NCBI GenBank assembly: GCA_018335925.1
Contig: JAGXRF010000060.1
Span: 16,712-80,711 of the forward strand
Direction: 5' to 3'
Source: Flavobacteriales bacterium
GTDB lineage: Bacteria > Bacteroidota > Bacteroidia > Flavobacteriales > Flavobacteriaceae
DNA length: 64,000 nucleotides
Positions 51,877-61,363 of this stretch are shown one piece after another; positions within the stretch are counted from its first letter, which is position 1, and every line of letters begins with the position of its first letter. Both the position numbers and the translations under genes were made by a program. Under the pieces are notes generated by a model. That model was given only the letters and a program-made list of their open reading frames with translations. It was not told the DNA's origin and ran no database searches.

Positions 51877-52252
51877 GTGAATGAAAACTTTCCCAAATCT
51901 TCAGGAATCACCGGATTCCTTTCAGAATAAGATAAACTAAAAGGTGGTAAATGTAAATAATCCGTGTGCATCTCGTAGGGATAGCTATAGGTATTCAAAG
52001 TGTTTTTTGAATAGGTCTCCCAAAGGTTTCCGGTATTTTTATACAGCCTGCTTGCGTATGAATTTGAAGATCGAGTTTTTTAAACTTATTAAATAGGTTT
52101 GGTGTATATTATCCCTTCTTTTTATCCTTTTGCAGCTTAAATACATATAGTTTACAGTTTGTCCCATTTTATTAACCATTTCAAATACCTCAAAAAACTT
52201 TACGGTTCGATACATGAATATTTGCTTCAGTTCTATTCTGAAATACCGTAAT

Positions 52253-53302
52253 ATGAAATCACTTCGAATTCTTTTGCTCTTTGTTCCTTTTTTGGTTTTG
52301 GCCTGCGTACCTGTAGAATTGGACAACATAGAAGCGTTCCGATATACCTTCCCGGAATTGGAGACCGTCAAGCCTTTACCTGATCCTGCACCGGTCAAAC
52401 CTGCCCCTGTTCCCTTTGTAGCAGGTGAAATAGTGGTGACTAAGGACGCAGATGAGTTGGTGGTTGACGTGATTGAGGCAGTAATCGATGATAACATAAC
52501 CCAAGAAAACTTGGATGTGATTGAGGTTTTTTCTAATGTGACTCCTGAAGTAAAAACAGATAAGCTGATAGAAACGGTAACTAACAATTGGATTCAGGGT
52601 GTGCTATCAGGAACCATCCAACCTAGTGTGGATTTGGTAAAAGTAGCGGAGGAGTTTAAAAAAGATCCGTTTATGAAAAGCTACCTTCCACAACTTCAAT
52701 TTCCGAAAGTAAATGGGGTAACTGTAGGTGGTCGATTATTGCCACTTGAGGAAGCTTACGAAGAAGAGATTGGCTTTGAAAGCCCTGAGCTCAGACTTTC
52801 AACTTTGGTTACTCCATGTAAAACTGCGGCAGATGAAGCTTATGCCAAGAATATAGCAGAACTGGAACGCCAAGCTGCTAACCAACGAACGCAGATTAAA
52901 AACTTTTATGATCCATTAAGAGCTGCTGCAAATACGGAATATGCTAACCGAATTGTAGAGCGAACAGGAGTGATTGCCTCCAATACGCAGCGGTTGAGTG
53001 AATTTATTTTTGTATTTAACTCAGCTGTGGATGATTTGGATTATCCGTTGAATGTGATTCGGGGCCTTAAAATTTACGTGGTTGCTTTTGTGATTGATCT
53101 CCGAGGTCAAATTGTGATCTGGTCAAATGCTTTTGAACTTGCTGCGCAAATTGAGCGTGACCTGAAAATTTCCAATATCAATAAGCTTCAAGAGGATGAG
53201 GAAAAGAAAATAGCCGCGAACCTTAAGGCTGCTTTGGATGAGCAAAAGTCAATTTACAACAAAGCTGTGAATAACTGCCATAATCAAGGAGCAGGAGGGT
53301 GA
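52253..53302 (+). CDS. Hypothetical lipoprotein with Pro linker and long helical region
   Basis: MKSLRILLLFVPFLVLAC lipobox from ATG 52253; ends NNCHNQGAGG. Confidence 0.75.
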   Translation: MKSLRILLLFVPFLVLACVPVELDNIEAFRYTFPELETVKPLPDPAPVKPAPVPFVAGEIVVTKDADELVVDVIEAVIDDNITQENLDVIEVFSNVTPEVKTDKLIETVTNNWIQGVLSGTIQPSVDLVKVAEEFKKDPFMKSYLPQLQFPKVNGVTVGGRLLPLEEAYEEEIGFESPELRLSTLVTPCKTAADEAYAKNIAELERQAANQRTQIKNFYDPLRAAANTEYANRIVERTGVIASNTQRLSEFIFVFNSAVDDLDYPLNVIRGLKIYVVAFVIDLRGQIVIWSNAFELAAQIERDLKISNINKLQEDEEKKIAANLKAALDEQKSIYNKAVNNCHNQGAGG

Positions 53303-53429
53303 TAGCGACGGTATAGATAAATTATCTCCTAGTGTATGAATGTCTATGTGCAGACAATCAGACATCTAATCTATATGTCGTTTTAACCTTTCCTTCAATT
53401 GAGCTTTTGAAAATAAATAGTTAAAAAGT

Positions 53430-54203
53430 ATGAAAAAATTATTGTTATTAATTCTTGTCAACACCTCTTTGGTATATGCGGTGATTGGTCAGGTGGTTTT
53501 TGATCAAGTGGGTTTTGGCCTTTCTTATTGGGGAAGAACCTATGAAGCTCAGGATGAAAGAGTTCTTTTAACCAATCCCCCAACAGCCAAAGGTGAATTA
53601 AATCCTGTATTGATCCCACACCTGTATGGCAGAGTAAAATTAGGTCAATACCTGGGAATAAAGGGGACGGTTGGCATGGCCCAAGACAATTACCAGAGCT
53701 CTTTGGTTATCGGTAACCTAGTTAGAAATGAATCCATAGAACAGACTATTCTTCCTTTAGGGGCTATGCTTGATTTTTCTATTCCCATTGGAAAAAAAGG
53801 TGGTTCTAAGAAATCCGCAAAAAATGAAACCGAGGAAGGAGAAGAAGCTGAAACAGAGGTAGCTCCGGAATCGAGCTCAAGTGAGCCCAAATTCAAAGTC
53901 ATGGGAGGGATTGGAGTGAACAGGTATTTCATTCAGCACTCATTTACAAGACAAGTGACTGGCGGTGAGGGTTCTCTTCCCACCGCCAAGTTTTCAGGAA
54001 ATGATTTTGGGATTACAGGGATGATTGGATTAGCACATTCTGTATCGGATAGAATAGTCTTGACCCTCTTTACCCAATATAATTCAGGTTCTTACAACCA
54101 TAGGGTCTATTCTGAAGAAGTTCCAGGAAGTTTTGAAGTGAAAAACATTCCTCTTAAAGGATTAGAGGCTGGCATTTCGGTGGGCTATATCCTGAAGAAA
54201 TAG
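53430..54203 (+). CDS. Probable outer-membrane beta-barrel protein
   Basis: Signal peptide, alternating beta strands, C-terminal GISVGY. Confidence 0.65.
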   Translation: MKKLLLLILVNTSLVYAVIGQVVFDQVGFGLSYWGRTYEAQDERVLLTNPPTAKGELNPVLIPHLYGRVKLGQYLGIKGTVGMAQDNYQSSLVIGNLVRNESIEQTILPLGAMLDFSIPIGKKGGSKKSAKNETEEGEEAETEVAPESSSSEPKFKVMGGIGVNRYFIQHSFTRQVTGGEGSLPTAKFSGNDFGITGMIGLAHSVSDRIVLTLFTQYNSGSYNHRVYSEEVPGSFEVKNIPLKGLEAGISVGYILKK

Positions 54204-54245
54204 AAGTACGAATATTTTAAGTACTGACTTTATACTTATTCGAAG

Positions 54246-55055
54246 ATGAGGTGCAAGGGTGTTTATGTTGGTTTAGTGACCTTGCTCCTATTCATGGCTT
54301 GCCCTCCCTGTTCAGTAAAGGCCCAAAGGAATTTTTTGGGTAAACCGGGACTGATACGAATTCCTTCGGCTTCCTACTCTGAGGTGAGAGACAATGTCTT
54401 TTTCCAGGTATCCAGAATGCCTATAGAATATCGAATCAACAATTTCATGAATAAACCTGCAGAGGAAATGTTCTATACTGCACAGATTCAACCACTACCT
54501 TGGGTTGGGGTTAATTTTGTGCTCACCCGCCCTATAGATATCCCAAGAATTGGTATTGGAGATAGGCATTTGGATTTGCAGTTTTTTGTGCTCAATGAAA
54601 AAAAACATGGTCTGGACCTTTCTTTGATTGTTTCTCCTATGCTGGGTTCAAGTTTTATTGATCATAATTCAGTGATTATCAGTAAAAAATTCATAATCAG
54701 CAGCGATTTTAAACTGCAAGGCACGGTAGGTTACGGCCTGGAATCTGTTTATAAAAAGCCTCTGAAGCGTTTTAAGTTTGAGGATAACGGATTACAATGG
54801 ATTCCTAAATCCATGTTTGGTAATTTCTACCTTTCCGGATTTTTTGCAGGAAGTCAGTTGACTTTTAGAGAAAAGGTTTTTTTTTCTGCTGAATTCGATT
54901 CTCAATATTTCAATTTTTCCGGAAGTGTGTTGTTGTTTGAAAAATTGGGTGTACAAGTGTCATTTCTTGACATAGTATATCCAACGGCTTCCGTGAATTA
55001 CAAAGTTTTTTTGGATAAGCCGAAAAAAATTAAATACAATCCAGATGCTAACTAA
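54246..55055 (+). CDS. YjbH/GfcD N-terminal-like beta-barrel protein
   Basis: Signal peptide, G.PGLIRIPSA, PW, GDRHLD, F.G, AEFD. Confidence 0.6.
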   Translation: MRCKGVYVGLVTLLLFMACPPCSVKAQRNFLGKPGLIRIPSASYSEVRDNVFFQVSRMPIEYRINNFMNKPAEEMFYTAQIQPLPWVGVNFVLTRPIDIPRIGIGDRHLDLQFFVLNEKKHGLDLSLIVSPMLGSSFIDHNSVIISKKFIISSDFKLQGTVGYGLESVYKKPLKRFKFEDNGLQWIPKSMFGNFYLSGFFAGSQLTFREKVFFSAEFDSQYFNFSGSVLLFEKLGVQVSFLDIVYPTASVNYKVFLDKPKKIKYNPDAN

Positions 55056-56202
55056 CAATCGATATGTTTTGTATAGTCTGGCCTGGATGTTTTTGGTAAG
55101 CGTTTCATCCCAGGGACAAGATGTAGCATCTGCTAAAAACGAATTGTCTTCCGCAGGATTTGAGCAGGTAATTTTTGTTCCGGTCCAAAAAATTGGAAAC
55201 GAAACGGTCTATAAATTGGGGATCGAGCATAGATCCATCAATAATCCATTAGACATTATTTTGCTTGCTGACCGAATTTGTAAAAAGTACGGAGTGAATA
55301 AGGTAAAGATCTCCCTCCTTAGGAAAGGACAGGTGATTTACGAATCAGAAGTGAGAAGTGAATTAGATATAGCCTCCGATTTTATTTCAGATTCCTATGT
55401 TAAGGATTTTAACAGGTTATTTTCTCCATCCAATTACAGGTTTAACGTATTTTTTACTCCCGATGTGAAAGTGAGATTTGGGAATTTTGAAAATCCACTT
55501 CAGTCAAAGGTAAATATGTTGTTGATGACTGAATTGGTATTTTTTAAAGGCTTTTCCTTGGTGAGCGGGCTTTCAATTCCACTAGAAAATGATTTGGATT
55601 CCCAAAATCGATCTATTTCTTTGGCTACCACCTATTTGGATTATTTTGCTCAGCCATGGAAAGGACATTTTGTGCAATGGTCTTCCGGACTCTTTACAAA
55701 TAATAGGTACGGACTTGACTTTCAATATCGAAACTTCAATCCGAATCGCCGATTGAGTTATGGGTTGAGATATGCATTAACAGGATTTTACTTTTTTCCA
55801 TTTGGATCTATATTCTTCGAACCCATAGCTGACCGCTTGTATTTAGGAGATGTGGAATACCTATTTCCCTCCCAACGAATTAGCCTTTCCCTGACTGCAG
55901 GGCAATTCCTATTCAAGGATCGTGGGCTTCGGGGAGAATTAGTGAAGCAATATCGAAATATGGAACTGGGTTTTTTTGCCTCACAAACTACCACGGGATC
56001 AAATGCTGGATTTAAATTCATGGTTTCCCTCGTTCCGGGAAAAATTGTGAGAAGTAAATTTTTTGAGTTTAGAACAGATGAATCCTTCAGATGGGAGTAC
56101 GGATATAGCAATGAAGGGCTAGTTGCCGGTAATTTTAGATCGGGGCCACTGTTACAGGAAAGATTAAGAAGATTTAATAATAAGTTGTTTAACCACTATT
56201 GA
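55045..56202 (+). CDS. YjbH/GfcD C-terminal-like beta-barrel protein
   Basis: Signal peptide, GLF..NRYG, GQFL.KD.G.R. Confidence 0.6.
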   Translation: MLTNNRYVLYSLAWMFLVSVSSQGQDVASAKNELSSAGFEQVIFVPVQKIGNETVYKLGIEHRSINNPLDIILLADRICKKYGVNKVKISLLRKGQVIYESEVRSELDIASDFISDSYVKDFNRLFSPSNYRFNVFFTPDVKVRFGNFENPLQSKVNMLLMTELVFFKGFSLVSGLSIPLENDLDSQNRSISLATTYLDYFAQPWKGHFVQWSSGLFTNNRYGLDFQYRNFNPNRRLSYGLRYALTGFYFFPFGSIFFEPIADRLYLGDVEYLFPSQRISLSLTAGQFLFKDRGLRGELVKQYRNMELGFFASQTTTGSNAGFKFMVSLVPGKIVRSKFFEFRTDESFRWEYGYSNEGLVAGNFRSGPLLQERLRRFNNKLFNHY

Positions 56203-56203
56203 G

Positions 56204-58123
56204 ATGAAAATGATAAAATATAAAATATGGCTATCCAAATTTGTTTCAAGGATTCCATATATTCCTGTTTATATTGTCTTATTATTGGATCTATTTGTAA
56301 TTAGTTTTATCGCATTTTTTATATCTATATTTTTTCAAACAATCGATAATTCATATTTGTCAAATGGTAATTATTTATTTTGGTCAACATTTATCGTATT
56401 TAGTTTGGGGATATTTATGTCCTGGAAAAAGACCTATAGAGGAATTGTACGATTTACAGATGTTTTTGAGGTGATTAATTTTGTAAATGTTTTTTTGTTG
56501 TCCATCTCTCTTTTTCTTTTGTTTCATATATCTAGTTCATTACTGGATTTGGGGATTTCAGTTCCTCTTTCATATGTTCTATTAGTGCATATCGGTGCAT
56601 TTGTGAATGTGATCTTGTATAGACTTTTGATTAAGGAGGTTTTTTCGAAAATGAGATCGGTCAAGAAAAGAACTGAAAACGTTTTGATTTTTGGTGCCGG
56701 ACAAACTGGAATGTTCGTATTTCAACTTTTAAAAAGACAAATTAATTCTCCTTATAATATCATCGGTTTTTTTGATGACGATAAAAGGAAAACCAGTAAA
56801 AGGATTTTTGGAGTTAAGATTTCTGCTGGGGATACCTTGTTAGAAGAGCATCTCAAAGAAAACCAGATTGTTGAAGTTATTCTTGCAGCACGAAATATTT
56901 CCAATAAGCGGAAAAAAGAATTGTTTGACTTGTGCTATAAGTACAATGTTAAAATTAGTTTATTACCATCTTTCAAACAGATGGATTTGAATAAAATGGA
57001 ATTGAGGGATTTGCGATCCATTAAATTGGAAGAACTCCTGGGAAGAGATCCTATTGAATTGAATCAGTCTCATTTGAATGAAAGTTTTGATGGAAAAGTT
57101 GTATTGGTGACTGGAGCAGGTGGTTCCATTGGAAGCGAACTATGTCGACAAATTTCCAATTATCCGATCAAGAAAATTATTTTATTGGATTCAGCCGAAT
57201 CAGCACTTTACGACATTAACCAAGAATTGCTCAGAAAAAATCTTTCAATCTATATTGAGCCTGTCCTGGCGGATGTAAGAAATAAGCGGCAAATACATCA
57301 GATTTTTTCTAAGTATAAACCTAATTATGTCTTTCATGCAGCTGCCTATAAGCACGTTCCGCTTATGGAAACTTTCCCTAAGCTTGCGATCGAGACTAAC
57401 GTTATTGGTTCAAGAATTTTGGCAGATTGCGCACTTGAATTTGGAGCGGAGAAGTTTATCCTGATCAGTACAGATAAAGCGGTAAATCCCACCAATGTGA
57501 TGGGAGCAACTAAGAGAATGGCGGAGCTCTATATTCAATCAAAGTTTCATGCTGAGAATGATCCTAGAGCTACTCAATTTATTACCACGAGATTTGGAAA
57601 TGTTCTGGGATCCAATGGTTCAGTGATTCCTTTGTTTATGAAACAAATAGAATCAGGTGGTCCAGTTACCGTAACCCATCAAAGCATCGAACGATTTTTT
57701 ATGACCATCCCGGAAGCCTGCAGACTGGTGATGGAGGCTGGATCCATGGGTAAGGGAGGAGAGATTTATGTTTTCGATATGGGTGAGCCTGTCAAAATCT
57801 ATGATTTGGCGGAAAAAATGATCAGACTGACCGGAAAGACTCCCAATCAGGATATATCCATTGAAATTACAGGCTTAAGATCCGGAGAAAAGCTCTACGA
57901 GGAATTGGTTGGATCATATGAAGAATTTAAACCAACTCATCATCCCAAAATTCATATTGTTCAGTCCTATCCTGCAGATTTTTCTGCTATAAGTCAAACG
58001 GTGGCACAGCTGGAAGAAGGAATTGGAGAAGATAAGGATGAAGATTACCTCATTTATCTTATAAAAAATACAATGCCAGAATTTGTCAGCTCATATTCTA
58101 GGTTTAGTGTTCTTGATAAATAA
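56204..58123 (+). CDS. Membrane-bound UDP-GlcNAc 4,6-dehydratase (CapD/PglF/WbpM family)
   Basis: 4 TMs, FGAG..G, TGAGGSIGSELCRQ, AAAYKHVP, STDKAVNPTNVMGATK, RFGNVLGSNGSV. Confidence 0.95.
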   Translation: MKMIKYKIWLSKFVSRIPYIPVYIVLLLDLFVISFIAFFISIFFQTIDNSYLSNGNYLFWSTFIVFSLGIFMSWKKTYRGIVRFTDVFEVINFVNVFLLSISLFLLFHISSSLLDLGISVPLSYVLLVHIGAFVNVILYRLLIKEVFSKMRSVKKRTENVLIFGAGQTGMFVFQLLKRQINSPYNIIGFFDDDKRKTSKRIFGVKISAGDTLLEEHLKENQIVEVILAARNISNKRKKELFDLCYKYNVKISLLPSFKQMDLNKMELRDLRSIKLEELLGRDPIELNQSHLNESFDGKVVLVTGAGGSIGSELCRQISNYPIKKIILLDSAESALYDINQELLRKNLSIYIEPVLADVRNKRQIHQIFSKYKPNYVFHAAAYKHVPLMETFPKLAIETNVIGSRILADCALEFGAEKFILISTDKAVNPTNVMGATKRMAELYIQSKFHAENDPRATQFITTRFGNVLGSNGSVIPLFMKQIESGGPVTVTHQSIERFFMTIPEACRLVMEAGSMGKGGEIYVFDMGEPVKIYDLAEKMIRLTGKTPNQDISIEITGLRSGEKLYEELVGSYEEFKPTHHPKIHIVQSYPADFSAISQTVAQLEEGIGEDKDEDYLIYLIKNTMPEFVSSYSRFSVLDK

Positions 58124-58129
58124 AAAATC

Positions 58130-58903
58130 ATGGCTTTGGTTTATTTGAAGAAAGTGAGTTATAGTTTTCTTTTTAATCCTCAAGTATGGATTTATTGGAT
58201 GTCCCTGATTTTTTTGTATTTAATTAATTTTTCAGTTATTGATACCATCATTTTTGCTCTTGCCTTTGTTTTATTGTTTAATTTTTTACCCTATTTAGTA
58301 ATAAAAGATCTTGAAAGCAGATTTGAAGTAATAAAATCCTTGGATGAAGAGGTTAGTGAACATCATATCCTAGTTCTTGGAGGTGGACATATTCCGGACG
58401 CAGAAATTCTTTTTGAACAACAGTTGAATAATTCTTCTTTGCGAAGAGTATTGGAAGGAGTTAGGATTTACAATTTGAATAAAAACTCTTTCCTCATCAT
58501 GAGTGGTGAGTCATTAAAGGAAGGACATCCCTCTCAAGCTGAGATTCAAGCCAAGGTTGCTTGTACCATGGGAGTAGAAAAATCAAAAGTATTCATCATT
58601 CCAGAGCCAAAAGATACGCTTGAGGAAGCCCACTTTTACTTAAAAAAATTTGGACCTCATCCTTATCCCATCCATTTGGTAACAAAAGCGATTCATTTGA
58701 GAAGGGCTGTGTTTATTTTTTCTAGCTATGGCTTTAACATAATTCCTGCACCAGCTTACTACATCTACAAAAACTACCAACCTTCACTATCTTGGTTTAT
58801 AATTCCTGATTTTTCCCTGATCATCCATTTTGGAGAATACTTAAAAGAGAGTATTGGCTACTTAGTGCTTCGTTTGGGCTTCATCTTCAAACCAAAATCC
58901 TAG
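58130..58903 (+). CDS. YdcF/ElyC (DUF218) family membrane protein
   Basis: TMs, VLGGG, DTLEEA, LVT.A.HL.RA; paralog of 35190. Confidence 0.85.
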   Translation: MALVYLKKVSYSFLFNPQVWIYWMSLIFLYLINFSVIDTIIFALAFVLLFNFLPYLVIKDLESRFEVIKSLDEEVSEHHILVLGGGHIPDAEILFEQQLNNSSLRRVLEGVRIYNLNKNSFLIMSGESLKEGHPSQAEIQAKVACTMGVEKSKVFIIPEPKDTLEEAHFYLKKFGPHPYPIHLVTKAIHLRRAVFIFSSYGFNIIPAPAYYIYKNYQPSLSWFIIPDFSLIIHFGEYLKESIGYLVLRLGFIFKPKS

Positions 58904-58946
58904 GATGTACATCTGTTTTTTGAAATCCAGTAAGTACCGATTGGAT

Positions 58947-59648
58947 CTATTCATTTAACCGGTCTACGAGTAGATCTCCTAATTCTCTAAAATATCCTCG
59001 ACGGATAGGTACAATGTAGTTTGCAATTGTCACCTCTTTTGCATTGAAAGCAGTGACGTAATCCAGGTTAACGAGGTAAGATTTGTGGATTCTGATAAAT
59101 TTTTTTTCTGATAGTTTTCCGATTACGTCTTTTAGGATATCGCGGATCACATATTGACGAGTGGTAGTATAAATTCTGGTGTACAATCCATCCGCTTTTA
59201 ACATGATGATATCGTCCTCATCAATCGGAACTAAGAATCCTTTGTCCCTGATGTTGAGTATATTTTTTTCAACCTTTTTCCTTTTAACCTTCAGAAAAGC
59301 CAAAGTAATCGTTGTAATTAAAACATCCTTGGTAATGGGCTTTAGGATAAATGAGTCATAATTGATATCTGATACTCTTTCCAAATACATTTGCTCATAG
59401 TATGCCGTGGTAAAAATGATGGGAACGTTTGATTTTTCCCTAATTTTTTGAGTCAATTCGATTCCATCCATTTCACCTTTTAACATGATATCCATTAAAA
59501 TCAAATCCGGTTTGGACTGCTGTATTTTTTTAACGGCAATTTCTCCTGAATCTTCTTTACCGACTACGTCGAATCCTGAACTTCGTAGAATCGCCGCCAT
59601 ATTATCGGCGAGATCCTGTTCATCTTCCACGATAAAGACCTTATTCAT
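58947..59648 (-). CDS. LytTR-family response regulator
   Basis: VEDE, LMDI phospho-Asp, KP, FIRIHKSYLVN. Confidence 0.93.
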   Translation of the reverse strand: MNKVFIVEDEQDLADNMAAILRSSGFDVVGKEDSGEIAVKKIQQSKPDLILMDIMLKGEMDGIELTQKIREKSNVPIIFTTAYYEQMYLERVSDINYDSFILKPITKDVLITTITLAFLKVKRKKVEKNILNIRDKGFLVPIDEDDIIMLKADGLYTRIYTTTRQYVIRDILKDVIGKLSEKKFIRIHKSYLVNLDYVTAFNAKEVTIANYIVPIRRGYFRELGDLLVDRLNE

Positions 59649-60181
59649 TTTTCTAGTTTGTTATAGTTTTAGAGTGGGCTTTTGCTAGCCTTTAAAATCA
59701 TTTAATTAAATCAAATCTAATTATTTTAACTCAAATAAGTGATTTTAAATTCATTTAGTTTACAAATTAAAACAAACTTTTTTTTTAAAATAAAAGTGAT
59801 AAATTTTTTGAATTGTAGCCTTAGTGGTATTTAATTTTATGAGTTAATAAGTTCGTGAAATTTAATTTTAATGATTTCCATATTTTCAGCTTGTTGAATG
59901 GATTTATAATTAATTTTTAGACTTCAAATTCGAATTTTTCTTTTGTTAAACTTGAAATCAGGATGCATGCTACACTTATCGAAAGATCGTTTCATTTGTA
60001 TGGGTGACCAAATTTCCTTTCTCACAAATATCTCATTAGACTTATTTTCTCTCTTTTTTTGAAGGTTTTGGATGCATTTAATTTACAAATCGATACAATT
60101 CTATGGATTAGATTTTTTGGTCAAGAAATTTACTTCAGTTACTGACGAAAAAGGTGATATTTCTTCGTTCTTTAATTGGTT

Positions 60182-60212
60182 AAAAGAGAGATTTTATAAA
60201 TCTCTCTTTTTT
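60182..60212. terminator. Terminator-like hairpin
   Basis: AAAAGAGAGATTT-TAT-AAATCTCTCTTTT plus T-run. Confidence 0.55.
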
Positions 60213-60224
60213 TGTATTTAAAAT

Positions 60225-60473
60225 TTGTCAAACATGAAGTACTTGGAACATTATCCCAATGGAAAAGTAAAAATTCAAGGCATCCTTCTGGATGATCAAA
60301 AGGATGGGGAATGGTTGGAATTTTTCCCTGATGGTTCCTTGAAAAACAGGAAAAATTTTTGCCAAGGTATAAAACACGGGGTGTTTGAGTTTTATAAAGA
60401 AAACGGGGAACTTGATTTTAAGCTAGTTTATAATCAAGGAAGAATAAAAATTTCAAACTTTAAAGTTAAGTGA
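60225..60473 (+). CDS. Small MORN-variant/YwqK-like repeat protein
   Basis: YPNG, KDGEW.EFFPDG, KHG.F.FY.ENG repeats; start probably ATG 60234. Confidence 0.65.
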   Translation: MSNMKYLEHYPNGKVKIQGILLDDQKDGEWLEFFPDGSLKNRKNFCQGIKHGVFEFYKENGELDFKLVYNQGRIKISNFKVK

Positions 60474-60729
60474 TTAATAATTCATTTTTTTTGATTTTTC
60501 CTTCGCCTTGGATTTGTACTTATTTTAGTTCATCCGAAATCAATTATTCGGCAAACTCTTTTTTTTTATTCAAGTAAATAATAAATATATAGTTTATATA
60601 AATAGTAGTTGTTTTTTTTTATTCATTTTATTTACAATTACCGTATTTTAATTAGCTGATTTTTCTCTTATTCGTTTGGAGCAAGTTTGATATAAAATTT
60701 CTTCATTACTTATACGGAAATAAAATGTT

Positions 60730-61350
60730 ATGAGAAAATCCCTTTTAATTACAATTTTATTCTTAATTCTTCCTTTCTATAGTTATAAAAATGAATTAGT
60801 GGGTAAGCAAGCGAAGCCATCTTCCAATCTTAGCCCTTCGATCAATATCCCATTTCCTGATTCAATTTTTTCAGTTTCAAAGAATTCACCTGACTTTTAC
60901 ATCGTGAGAAAGGATTTGGTAAAAATCAATCAAGAAAATTTGAAATTATTTGGCAATCAATACAATCAAAAGCTTATTGAATTAAATTCTAAACTGTCCG
61001 TTTTAAATGATTCAATTCAAAAGCTTTTGCAGATTGAAAGTAATCCTGAACTAAGGTTTTTTGATGTAAAGGATCCGGATATAGAAGAAAATAGATGGGG
61101 AATTATTGCAAGAAATCTTCCATTTTGGGCTTATATCCTTATCCTTGTTTTGATTTTATACACCATCCTGATCAGTCTCAGATTTTTTTCCATTTATTTT
61201 CAGGAGGTTTCTACTCTTGAACAACTAGAGATTGTTTCAAATGATTTTGATTCCTATAAGCGAAATTCGATCGAGAAAGAAAGAAAATTGCTTAGAGATT
61301 TAATCGATGCGAAAAATCTGATTCAGGAATTGAAGGATAGGGATAAATAA
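60730..61350 (+). CDS. Hypothetical membrane protein (signal peptide, coiled coil, single TM)
   Basis: Hydrophobicity pattern; C-terminal FDSYKRNSIEKERKL..DL.D coiled coil. Confidence 0.6.
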   Translation: MRKSLLITILFLILPFYSYKNELVGKQAKPSSNLSPSINIPFPDSIFSVSKNSPDFYIVRKDLVKINQENLKLFGNQYNQKLIELNSKLSVLNDSIQKLLQIESNPELRFFDVKDPDIEENRWGIIARNLPFWAYILILVLILYTILISLRFFSIYFQEVSTLEQLEIVSNDFDSYKRNSIEKERKLLRDLIDAKNLIQELKDRDK

Positions 61351-61363
61351 GGAATCTTGTCTT

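Noticed and set aside
51877-52252. Invertible promoter between wza and the lipoprotein gene
   Set aside because: No convincing flanking inverted repeats seen and no invertase in the window
52039-52587. 182-aa minus-strand ORF and other short antisense ORFs in the track
   Set aside because: Shadows of well-supported genes on the opposite strand
60225-60473. Toxin-antitoxin pair around the YwqK-like gene
   Set aside because: No adjacent toxin ORF; MORN-variant repeats are widespread
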